Shown here: piece after piece, positions 13,401-46,149 of the stretch
Numbering within the stretch: the stretch's first letter is position 1
Layout: every line of letters begins with the position of its first letter
Origin: Stylophora pistillata
Taxonomy: Eukaryota
Reading direction: 5' to 3'
Assembly: GCF_002571385.2 (NCBI RefSeq)
Contig: NW_019217883.1
Location: 373,797-437,796 of the forward strand
DNA: 64,000 nt
Program-made: the position numbers and the translations under genes
Notes under the pieces: generated by a model
Told to the model about the DNA's origin: nothing
The model's input: only the letters and a program-made list of their open reading frames with translations
The model's database searches: none

Positions 13401-15855
13401 AAATGAACAGGAATCTGAAATGGAAACAATAATGTAAAAAAGTAAATGTCTTTGCAAGAGACAGATAAACACATTTGAAATTATCTTACATATAAGAACA
13501 GGAATCTACAATAGAAACCTCAATGTCAGAAAGGTAAATGTCTTTGCAAGAGACAGATAAACATGCTTGATTATCTCGTATGACACATACCTTCTTTATC
13601 TTTAAATCAGGTTGAGGACCTGATTTTCCTTTTGGTATTTTTTCTTTATTATATCCCTGGATAGGGAAAAGAAAAGTACATTATCAGTAACCTTGTCTGT
13701 ATCATGGCAATTCAAACAATCAGCTTACACTTTATCCCTAAGCATGAGTGACCAAGACAGAATCTATCCTAACAACACCAATACTATATCAACTAGATAC
13801 GTAACAAAGAAAGAAAAATTATATCTATTAAGGGATTAGTTGATCCAATAACATACATTCTGTAGTACTATCTATCTATCTATCTATCTATCTATCTCAG
13901 GAGTGAAAGAGTCAATAGAAAGCAAAACAATAGTTAACAAGTATCTAAACAACCAAGGCCCAAAAACTAAATTTAAATAAAGACATGTTTTCATTACCTC
14001 AAATTCTTCTTCATCAGTAAAGTGATCAAATTCTTCCTGTTCCTCCTCTGGCTGAAAAAGATAAAAAATTTATTCATTACTAATATGAAATTGCAAACCC
14101 AAGCACTGTAAATATTTGTTTATTCAAATTCAAGTAAATAAATAATATTCTTTACAAACAACTATAAATAAAAAAAGTTTACTTAATGAAACTCTTTTGA
14201 ACTCTATCAAAATTCTCAAACTGAAAGAATTGTTCACATGTGAAAATTAATGATAATTAATTTTCCGGTTAGCTCAATGGATAGCTTAATTTCCCTTAGC
14301 TTAATAGCTTAATTTTAGCTTAATTTCCCGGTTAGCTCAATGGATAGAGTGCTGGACTGTTGTGCGGGAGGTCCTNCTCAGGGTCTTAAAATAATTGAGA
14401 AGAATTTGCTACCTTTCTATAACATCAAGAAATGGTTAGATAATCTAGTCTTCTCGGATAGGAATGAATAAATGGAGGTCCCGTCTCCTGCAGGGTTGGG
14501 GTAGGAGACGTTAATTTCCCACACACGAGATTACTGTGTGATGGATGTCCTCCCCTGGGGTGGGATGGATGGGAGGGTGGACTAGCACAACTGGTTCCTA
14601 TGTTCCTTTCTAGTCCTTCCCCACTGCAAATAATGCTGTGAAAATAAACTAAACTAAAATTAAATTAGAACATAACCAAAGTAAAGTTTGAGCTCAATTC
14701 AGTGTCCATCATTTGCCCATGGATTTATGCTGCTGATGTTCGCAAATGCAAAGACTAGTTTCTGCATGCTTGTTTTTTCTGGTCACATAAGATCTCGGTG
14801 TTAATAAAAGGGAAGTCTTTGGCTACAATGTATCAATGTTATGTTGTAAAACAAATGGTCAACACCACAACGTACACCACTCAGTCATGGATGCACTTGG
14901 GAAGTTTGCTAAGTACTCAAGGAGCTAAAGTCACTCTCAGCTGTCGCCTTGTGTGACTCTTATGCTCACTTTTTTAGCTTAGCAACCTCCCTCCAATAAT
15001 GTGTGCTGTGGTCTTAACCAGTTGTTAACCATAGTAATGTCAACACTAAAACCTTGTAATGGGAGGAAACTATCGAGATGTGATCATGTCTCAATGTTTC
15101 AGCTGTTTACCTCTTCAACATTTGCCTCTGACTCATCTGTTTCCTCTGTAACATCAGCTAAGTAGATTGCAACAAAAATAGCGAGATTTGTTAAGTTAAA
15201 GTATTCTTTATTTTACTTAACATTCCCATATTTTCTTTGTTCACTGTATTATGCACCGTGCCAAGGCAGGTTCTTGTCTTGATCACGTGAAAATTTATCA
15301 GCTGACAGAAATGTATCTGGCAAAGAATTTATCGTGGTTGTTAAATGGAGATGACATAAAAGTTTGAAGTAGTCCTATAATAAAGAGAAACATGAAAAGA
15401 CGACGGCCAAAATTTCATTTCAATGTTGGAGAAAGATATAGCGTGACATACACACGTGCTAGCCAGTGTTCCAAAAAACCAAAGTAGTTGGTGATTGTCC
15501 TTAAAGTGAAAACTATAGACTTTAAATCTGGTTAAATCGAAAGTATGTTATTACCTGAAAAAAAAATCATTTATCCACATCACCCTATCCAGGAATTAAA
15601 AAATGTTACATAATACGTTTTAAAATTCTTCAAACCTTCTTCTTCATCTTCATCTTCATCTTGATCGCCTGTTCCATGCACCTCTGTTTCTTCTTCATCT
15701 TCTTCGTCCCCTTCCGTTTCAAATTCAGCAAAATCGTTACTATTGTCATCTGGTTCGTCAGTAGCAGTGATATACGTCAGAAATCCAACAAGCAACAAGA
15801 AAATCATGATCAATAAAGGCCTGAAAGGCTTGAAGTACGAACGGACAGACGCCAT
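7402..15855 (-). CDS. CCDC47: PAT complex subunit CCDC47 (calumin), multi-exon
   Basis: Exon 1 (15636-15855) encodes a signal peptide and acidic tract (NDFAEFE). Internal exons include IPVHLRANWEGFYAEILTLAGLAAYALNFFAGRSKNSRLATAW, ESESLYTLWCTGRVGCDGLLVEIK and QKRHDLVSVMSYL. The C-terminal coiled coil ends ...EREHKKEMKKRNPFKVKQVKARG* (TGA at 7402-7404). Confidence 0.93.
8119..8240 (+). pseudogene. Decayed genomic copy of one DDX23 exon plus flanking intron bases, inside a CCDC47 intron
   Basis: Reads QLRHRKESILPKDILGTVDKLEY versus [23 protein letters not shown] in the DDX23 exon at 23321-23409. Flanks also align ('gcaaccaaaggtggccc' vs 'gtaaccacaggcagccc'). Both splice sites are mutated. Confidence 0.8.
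8841..9016. mobile_element. Palindromic MITE
   Basis: 'actttcatagatggctgccggattgatattcttttgtttaaatttaaattagc' pairs with 'gctaatttgaatttaaacaaaagaatatcaatccggcagccattcatgaaagt'. Confidence 0.8.
9045..9213. repeat. Degenerate 21-bp minisatellite (consensus about gttgtcagcaaactcagccaa), resuming at about 10655-10694 after an insertion
   Basis: Successive 21-nt units such as gttgtcaccaaactaatcaga, gttgtcagcaaagtcaaccaa, gttgtcgacaaactcagctaa and gttgtctgtgaactcaatgga. Confidence 0.65.
9300..10266. other. Assembly gap (run of N), probably collapsed repeat units
   Basis: N run flanked on both sides by the same repeat in opposite orientations. Confidence 0.95.
10459..10531 (+). ncRNA. tRNA-Thr(AGT)-like sequence within the repeat unit (pseudo-tRNA / Pol III cassette)
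   Basis: Acceptor stem GGCTTGT/ACAGGCC, D arm GCTC-aattggta-GAGC, loop CT-AGT-AT, B box GGTTCGAGTCC, and an oligo-T run just downstream. The T stem has two mismatches and the anticodon stem one. Confidence 0.6.
12520..12720. mobile_element. About 200-bp piggyBac-type MITE (TTAA-CCC...GGG-TTAA family). Other copies near 3185-3375, 13015-13190, 13725-13915, 21700-21965 and 26375-26490
   Basis: Shared core 'ccctaagagtga...atttctcctt...aaggaaatgatca...ttgattgttaaacaaattctcctt...atactgatgttagg.tgtaaagggtt'. Confidence 0.7.
14324..14665 (+). mobile_element. tRNA-derived SINE, copy 1 (B box partly deleted)
   Basis: Head ccggttagctcaatggatagagtgctggactgttgtgcgggaggtc. Body nearly identical to 25689-26056. 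(AAACT)n-like tail. Confidence 0.8.
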
Positions 15856-15997
15856 TTTGTTACTAAATTAGAAGAGATTCCCAGAGTTCCATTCATGCGA
15901 TTGAACAAAGCCTGCAATAGTTTCTGGGTAGCAGGGGCCATATTGATTCGTGCAGTTATCGAATGAAATTTAATAATTCTTCAACGGAAGAGTAAAA
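15856..15997. promoter_or_regulatory. Compact bidirectional promoter between CCDC47 and DDX23
   Basis: Only 142 bp separate the two divergent ATGs. A YY1-like CAAAATGGCG overlaps the CCDC47 start codon. Confidence 0.75.
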
Positions 15998-30989
<14,992 letters not shown>

Positions 30990-31858
30990 AAACTAAAAGT
31001 GTTCCCAGTCATCGAAGAATGTTCAAATCGCAGTATATATCAGAAAACGTTTAACACTTCGAAATCGTTCTAGGATTGTAATGCAGACGGAAAAATTAAA
31101 AGTCGTCAAATTCTTCTTAATTACAACTGTGATGTCGTATCAATGGACAATTTTGTTGTTCTTAAAAAGCTAAGATCTGATTGATGGATGATGCACACTT
31201 GGGAAGCTTTCTTAGCGCTTAGAAGGCTGGAGTGGCGCTTGTTTGTGCGTGAAGTTTTACGATTTTTTTTCTTCAAGTTTTTGCGTGCATCACATCATGG
31301 TATATGCAACTTGGTGCGAATCCATCACAATTCTAGTTCTAGCATTACATGTCGAAGTGGGGAAGGGAGGGGTGGGTGGAACGAGTGTCATCGCTGGTGT
31401 CTTTTATGCTCGTGGTTTATCATCACTCAAGTAACGATTAGTGACGTATAAATATTTGAATTTCATTTTAAAAGCACCTTCGTTGCAAACTGACAACATA
31501 ATGTATTCTTCAATATAAAATGGTGTAGCATATATTTTTTATCCTTTAATTCTACTTTCATAGAACTTGATAAAATCTTTGATACAGACACCGGCGGATC
31601 TTGGTTGATTATCTAGTTGACATCAATCCCCTTGGATGTTCGTGAAAAGTAAAATAACGTAGTGGACGCTGTATCACGGTCCTGTATTGGTTACACGAGT
31701 GGCGAATAAAATGTGTTTAAAATCCCCGAAAAAATTTAGGTGGGGTTTATAGCGGCTAGCATTTGGTTAAATAAGTTAAATTTGGAACAGCAGACGAAAT
31801 TATTTTCCAATAACACGAGGAAATGCGAAAGAGTTAACTGAACGAAAAGGACCTTCTT

Positions 31859-38040
<6,182 letters not shown>

Positions 38041-41000
38041 GATGTTGAATCGATGGCAAGGACGATCTGTCTCGATCAGCTCTCAGCTAGAACGGTTTCA
38101 AGACACTGTCTCTGTCAAGCTGCTCGCAAGCTCAGCGCGTTCCAGGTAAGCCCAGCTTATAGGTTTAATCTTGCTTCATTGAAACCTGGCTGCACATGTA
38201 AGTTGAGTTTCTTGAGAGCACCCGCCACTGCGAACTCTTGATATCCTCTTTTAGAGCAGTTCCTTGCGTAAGTCTGTGAATTTGAGATGGACTCATGAGA
38301 TAATTGATAACAATTCGTGGTGATGACAAAATGATCTGAACATAAGTTTGTGATCAAAAAGGACATTTACTAAACTAGCGCCCAGGTATCTGTTTTAATT
38401 AACTGGGGATTTCCGGTCGCGTTGAGAGCGAAAAAAACCTTGGAAGAAATCCAGACTACCACGCACGAAACTTAAAAGACGTTTTTACACCAAACTGATA
38501 AGAAAATTAAAACAAAACTATATTGAAGTGAATATTTCCTTAAGTGTTACAAAAACATTGGTAAATCAACAAACTAGTGGTCGAACACCAAACGTTAGCA
38601 CATGGGCCTCCGCTGGGCTGTATCTTTGTTGTTGACCTTTTAAGCGGCAACCGACCCTTGATAACAGTAACTTTAAACCAATCAACTGAGGTAAGATTTA
38701 ACACCAGCTTTGTGTTGAAAACCGAATCTCTTCAGTCGTTCGTTGTTTAAACAGCCGTCAAGCAGATAAAAAGGAAGTTCTTCCTCTCTCGCATTTTTGC
38801 GGGAAGGATTTATTAGTTGGGAAAAAGCAATACGTGTCCTGTTTATCTAAGGATCCGGATAACCGTATCCATTTGTTGTAAATGTTTTTACTGTGCTAAA
38901 TGGCATTACATGTTGTATTTTGCGAAAAGAAAAAAAAACTGACTGAGTGTTGACTTTCCTTTCAAGTTCTTGTTAGGCTACAAACTTCTTCTTACCTGCC
39001 GGCATTTCCGCATATTCATGCTATTTGTACTTAGGCATTTTCACCCGAGGTGTCACTGACCGCTGATGGCATCTGCCCAATTTAGTTTTAGCTACGATTT
39101 CTTAGGCTGTTTTATATTTCACACCAGCTTAATCCTTGTACATTTCAAACGGATTAACTCTGTTTTATTAACTCTCTTCCATTGTATCTTTGTCTGTCTT
39201 CGTACATGAAGCTGCACAGAATCAGTTGTGTGTGTCTATCCGTGTGTAGAACTGTCAAGCTTCTGAAATTTACCCGACTTCACTTCAAGTGATTTTCGAC
39301 CTGTAATTCTTATCTCCCCTATCCAAAAGTTGGGCGTGGTCAAATTATTTGGCCTAGAGATAAAAGGGTGAAAAGATGCAGTGATCCTGCCACAGAAATA
39401 ATTCTTTTGCCAGGTTTGTTGGAGGCATTCGTTGTTAGACATAACAAACACGCGGGTGTTACTTGCGATCTTCATCAATGGAGTGAAATAATGCGTTATT
39501 GTTCGACAAAATATTAAAAGGAAATGCAATAATCAGCGAGACAACTTGCTCCGGTGGTAGAAATAAACATTTGGCGCAGCGCAACGGAAAATCTCCCGCA
39601 ATTTGAAAGGGTGATTTTTCCGCTAAAGATCAAAACTGTTAGGACCACCTTTACCAATCAAATATTTTGCGCAGACAATCGTCACAATCGAGACCCGGTA
39701 GTTGTCCAGGTTATCCACTAACCAAGGACCGAGATAAGAATGAAATATGTTATCGATTAAACGTGGGGGACTTTTGCTTTTCAGCTAATCGCTATAGCAA
39801 TAAGGAAAATCAAGAAAAGGAAATAAAGTCATATCAAATTGTCCGCCTGGTAAGCTTTTCACCCATTTGTGGCTTTTATAGTTCCTTTTCATTTGGCTGC
39901 TCATACAGTCATGTCAGTCTCCGAAGAGCTGGTTTAGGTCAGTTCGTTCCAAAGTATCAGAAGAAAATCAAAACAAGGGAAAATTCTTTGAATTATTTGC
40001 TTCCAATTGCAAGAAAAATGCTTGTAATCTAGCCAGAGGATATCCCCTTGTTATAATACCAAGGGCTCAACATAACTACATGTATTAAAGCCACTCTGTT
40101 TTTAAACCGCAAGCATAACTTTTTGAAAGTTCAGGGTTTTTCGAGCTGAAGCCCTAACCCTAACCCGGATCCAATTTTTTTTAGTAACGTTACTTAATGA
40201 ACGTAAGGTAACAAGAACAAAGTATCTTGTGTCGGCAATTTTTCACAGATAATCGATCAAGTGTACTCACGTGATTTTTCTGATAACGTTAAGAAGGTTA
40301 ATGACACCGTTTACAATCGGCTCTGATCGTTTTAGCGGGAACTATCGTCACCAACGCCTCAAAGAGACAAGAATTTCATTAAAATTATGACTAATCGATT
40401 CAAGAATCATCAATTAAATTCGCTAAACCCTAAATAAATTGCTAAATACCTGGAATGTTCTCTTATCTGGAGACACATGTTGTCGCAATTAAATGTTTTC
40501 GATAACGCGTTATCCGCAACTTGTTTCAATTACAAAAATGCTTATCTATTTGCAGTGTTTATTTGTTTATTCAAGATATCTGGACTGGCAAACAAATCGT
40601 TACAAGAAATTTCTGCGACGGCTCACTCTGTAAATAGCTTTCAGTTGAGTAAAAATAACAGATGAACTTTACTGATAATGTGAACTCAAAAGAGCTGCGA
40701 TTAATTCATAATCATGATGGCTTTTCCAGAGCTTCGGCCCTCAGGCCTTTGATCCGAAAACAAATTTTTTTGAGGTATCATTTGCTGTTACAATAATCTT
40801 GCATCGTTTACGTTTCAGCAAACAAGATCAGAAGGACCCAGGTCGTCGCCGATTAGAACTGTTATCTAGACAAAGAGTAGCGTAAACAGACCGTGAATCA
40901 GTTGTAAGTGATGCTGAAAAAAAATCTGACTGATGAACTGTTTGAAAACACAAGAAAAGCCAACTGATGCTTTAAAGATAAAGTCGTCTGGGGCTGAAAT

Positions 41001-44000
41001 CACGAACTCCAAGGTGCACCTTAGATTATGCTATACCCTATCTCCCCACCCCTAGTCAGAGAGTCATTCATTCAAATTAAGTCTTCCTTATCACCCCCTC
41101 ACATATACTCTACAAAGAAGATGGCGATCGTTACGTCATTCAAACTAATTACATTCACTTCAGGCTAATCAGGGAACCTAATCACTGCACATTCATTCGA
41201 TTCTTTGTAGTAGTTGAGAGTATACAAGCCAATCCTGAGTGGAAGCAGAAAAGTGTCTGCAGCTCAGTTCGTCGGTAATGCAATAGGCAGGCAAGCCTAT
41301 GCAATTTAATTAAAAACATTTAATTATTGTCGTTGACATGTATTTCAGTCGTTGAGTTTGGTGCGGATGAATTATTTCGGCCCTGAGGCCTTCTCTTGAC
41401 GCGGTTGTTCAGTGCATGTTTTGTTTAAATCAACGGAATCGATTGAGTTCTCTATCCATTAAAACATACACGTAAACATAAAAAAAATAAAACACATGAA
41501 ACAAATTGCACTAATGTAAGAACACCAAGGGAACATGAGCAGAAAAATAATGTGCTTCTTTAGAAACCAACTAAACAGTTTGACTATGGAGGTTATAAGT
41601 CACTGTTTTTCAAAATATCATTAAGGGGACCAACAACGGCTGAAGTGAATAAACAGTCATATTCGGTCTATACTTTACCACGAACCTTTAGGTTACGTTA
41701 CTGTAAGATAAAACCCTACTAAAATAGTACACTTTTCTTTTTCTACTAACTATCAGAACCAAGTTTGAGTTTGCCATATTCTGGTTTAGCGCTAGCCACT
41801 TTTTGAACAATCAGTCCTTAAACTGTCTATTTAAAAGAAATCATTTTGACGCTGTATCAGTCCAAAGGTAATAACCTCAATCCAATTTAGATGATGAAGC
41901 AAATATTGCTTCTTTATTTGAAGACAATGATACTCGGCTTTCTTCAGACTGCATATTTCAATTATATATATGCCGTCCGGGTCAGTTTAGCAATCTTCAA
42001 GGCTGTCGTTTGATGATGTGGTGACCAAAGCAACACGGATATCTCGTGGATGACATAATTGTTTTGCAGGACTTATCGTCTGCAATCAGCGCAAATCTTC
42101 TCCATCATTAATCTTCACCAATCTTTTCTCGTTTATTTTTATCCCCTTCGATGTTCGTTTACCCAGAATTTTTTCGTCTTAGGTCTCGTGTTTTCTTTTT
42201 AACATCTACATGTACCATGTTAACTGTTGCTTACCAACACTGAGGCACTAACCGGCGCTCTCGTGTTTAAGCAATGATAAACACAAACAAAGCTATCCAG
42301 CCTAAAAGTGGAAAATGAAAAAAAATGCTGTCTGGACCTGACGAATTTCAAATCCCATTGGACTCAGAGGGATGGTGGCTAATAATCCTCAGTTGGTCCA
42401 TTAAAAAGAGAGCCTTACTTTTTTTTAATCAGAAAAAAAAAAAGCATGTGCACGCACACTTGACAGGAAATCTTCAGACCAGCTTAATTAGACTGGGATC
42501 TTACTTCTCCGGAAATCTTAAGAAAGAAAAATAATCCCTTTCACTTCTCAAATGAATTGCTCCATTCTGCAGTTTTCCCCTAAAGTCCTTTTTTTTTCTG
42601 CTTTTTAATGGCCTAGAATAGTCGGATGCGTTTAGTCAGACATGCGTAAGGACCGGAAGTTACTTTCATATTTAAGGAGGCTGTGTTGACTGGATCAGTT
42701 ACAGTCGTTGTGGGTGATGAATGAGTTTGTCATCTCTAAATAAGTTGTATTTTTGGAATGGTAACCAATAAAAGCTCGGTTTAATCGTATTAATGGAAAC
42801 AAAGAGCTGCTTAACTCAGTAAGCTCAACAGGGTCAGTCTTTCATCACGGAATCTTTTAACAAATGGCACCTGACTTCACTGAGTAACATAGTTCTCAAG
42901 TAAAATCAAGAATCCCAACCGATCAACTTCACACAAGGACACCCTTAATTTATTAGGGTAGTTTCACACTAAGCCAATATAAACGGGATAAGGTCAGGTC
43001 AAAACAGAGAGATCCTTCGCCAACTTGTGTTACTGAATCGTATTCGTTGCTTTGGTCAGTGCATTTTAAGCCAATTATATCTTAATTGGTACAATATCTG
43101 AATTCATGAGATCCTTAGAGCAGCGCAGCGACCCAGAAGTGGGATATCAATTGCGTCGCTGTGAATTAAACTGTCCTGTCTCCGTCAAGAAACTATAAAG
43201 AAACGGCTCTTCCCGAAGAGATGGAACACATCCAGAAACGTGATCACGGTACATCACAGGAAGAGCTAATCAAAGACGGAATCAGTAGCAAACATGAAGT
43301 CGGATTTTGTAGTAATTAACTTATAACATTATATTTCCACAAAAACTGAAGGAGAAACACGCATGCGAGTATAGAAATGTTTCAGACGTTCAAAAATCTC
43401 CTCTTCTGCTGTGAAATCATGTGAACCAGATCTTAAAATGTCGGGGAAAACTTTACATAAGTTTCTCCTGGACGCGTACGAAGCGCCTATTGAAAAATAG
43501 TTTGGATTTCTTTACACCCAAATTTACAAACAAAGAAACTCCAAATCAATCAGCAAAATGTAAATATTTCAGTAGTCACTGACATACCGTTTTGGATAGT
43601 AAGCTTGGTTGCCCTGTGGAATTAACTCACTTGTTTTACCGTTTGACTCATTGAGCGCTGGACTCTTTACGTCAACCAAGTTGGCCAAGTCCGTGGACGA
43701 AATGAAATAACACAACTTTCTCCGAGTAAACGGATTCACTTAGCATGAATTGAAAATTGAAACTACCGGATAAATATTTAGATAAGTATTTAAGTCAATC
43801 TCACGCTGAGCCTCCTCTTGTTTATATAAACAGTGCGACTTGCTTGGTACTCAAGTTAATGCAAACGTATTTTGAAACATCGTTTGCTGGATCTATGTGG
43901 TGCATAAGCTTCTTTTTCGCTTAGTAATTGTGCTCGATAGCCGATGTTAACACATATGCAAGTTATATTCTTAAATTTTCACAAAAATCTTAGATTAACG

Positions 44001-46077
44001 GGATAAAAGAAAATCATTTGTCGACGTAATTGGTAGTTGTAAAATTTGAAATGATAACTACTCGGCTAAACTTTGTTTTCCTTGAAAACAGAACGACTCT
44101 TAAACTCTTCTCCATCCTTAACACTCGATTTAAAAATTCACACTGAATTCTAATTTCATTTTAATCGACTTCTTTAATTTTGACCAACCTATAGTTGATC
44201 CTGTTCCAATTGAAGGATTATGATCTTACTTCCAGATGTTTCACATAATAACATAGTAAAGTCCTTAAGCCCGCTGTACCGAATCGCTGTTTTTTTAACA
44301 TGTTTTAAAATCATTTCAGCCGAAACATTGTAAACAGGATGTATCTATTTCACTATAAGCTGGTTTTAAATATGATCCTGTACTATTACTTTAAGTTCAA
44401 ATCAGTTAAATGATATATCTTTCCTATTACAAGTTACGTTCAACACTTACTAAGTGAACTAAATGCGGTTGAAGCAACATACCATTGCCTGCTTTTGACT
44501 CTGTTTCGTTTTTGGTTTGTGTTTGTTGAACAGATAATTAGTTATTTCAAGTATCCCCTTGTTTTTCATTATATGGAAGTGTCCGACAGGACTGAAGCGT
44601 CCCCGATTAGACGGAAGAGTCCGAAATCGAACAGAATCATTCAAAATCTATCAGAGATGCAAGGCCNGCGGAGGGGGGAGGGCGGAGCGCCGTGCCAGAG
44701 GTACAAACCGCTTCGAGATCTGAGGACCATTTGTTATTTTGCCTTGGTTCCCATTCTGTTGTATTATTTCACTCTCAGTAAGTGAGTAACTAAATTTTCA
44801 TGTCTTGGTCTTATATTCTACTTTAACAACTTCTTTGAATTCAGTGTAAATTCAGTTTAATATTTAACTTTTTTATGACGTAATTAGGAAGGCAGACAGT
44901 ACAAAAGATTGTATTTATATTTTGGTGCTGGCTAAACCTAAGAATCCAGTGACCGTCGCAATTCAACAGATCCACGGCGTTAAAATTTAAAAAAACCTGG
45001 CCTAAATACACCTCAATTCTAAACATGAACTAGTAATTCGAAGTTAAGATTCAAGTCGATGAGAACCGATATGACCACACGCATTTAACATTACACAATT
45101 AAAACATTATAGGGTTTTAAGACTTTTAATTGGAATTTACACACGAACTGTCTCTAGAACGATCAGACAAAGTCATTTCTAGCACGTACCCCTTACCTTT
45201 TAATTATTGCAGAGACATACCTGTTATTTGTTTCCGTGAATAGCGACGTTCTGCTTGTTTGGACCAGAGTCGCCTCTTCGTAGGAAACGCAGCCTCCTCA
45301 GTCATGTCGTACTTTTACCACAAACCCGAGGAAAGTCTGGGGAGAGTATACCAAGCCTCCTCTGAACTTTGGTCTCCTTTTCAGGTTTCGCTGAGGAATT
45401 CGCCAAACAAACGTAAAATTCTAAGGAATTCCAAAGGGAAAATCATCCTTAAGATGGTTTGCTGTTCGTTTGTTTGGTGTCTAAAGAACCTTGAAAGCAC
45501 GAACGGCCTGCACAAAATGCCAGAATCAGAGCAGTGGGCACTAAAAATGGAAATTAAAAAGTAGCATAACACATAAGAGTAACATAACATAACGTTTATT
45601 CAGGAAGCTACAACCCAAATATAAAAAATGCATCCTGAAAAGGGAAAATCGTGAGGTTAGCCCTGTATAAAAACAATTTCCCTGACTAAAAACATACAAA
45701 AGATCAAATTTAATGGCTACAGATTCAATAAATATTCAATAAATACGGGAGCCCATTAGTTTGAAGTTTTTCCTGGTGGCTGAAACGGCCGTGGACTAGA
45801 ACTTAGCTAAAGACCTTCTTGTCGTCAATATTCTTCTAGACTCATGACGTAGGTTTCAGGTACAACTTCATACCTCATAATATGCATACAATTAATTGAT
45901 AAGACTGTAGACACATGCCGTACATGGAAATCTCTCCAGATTTTTTCCTAGCAAAGTAGTCGTAAAAAAAACTAAATGATATTGATCAACAAATTATTAA
46001 TTACCATTTGTTCTTCGTGTGGTTCTTTCTAGAGGTTTTGACCTTTCCGTGTTCGTGACTTTTTCATCTCGCAGCAG

Positions 46078-46100
46078 CTGTGACGTAAAACATCACGTGT
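46078..46100 (+). promoter_or_regulatory. CRE-like TGACGTAA plus E-box CACGTG about 50-70 bp upstream of the Cys-Pro gene ATG
   Basis: 'gtgacgtaaaacatcacgtg'. Confidence 0.4.
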
Positions 46101-46149
46101 TATTTCTCATTTACTCCTTCTTTCGCTCTGTTTAGCGTCGATTGCTATC

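Noticed and set aside
40152-40166. Telomere-like (CCCTAA)2
   Set aside because: Too short to be meaningful.
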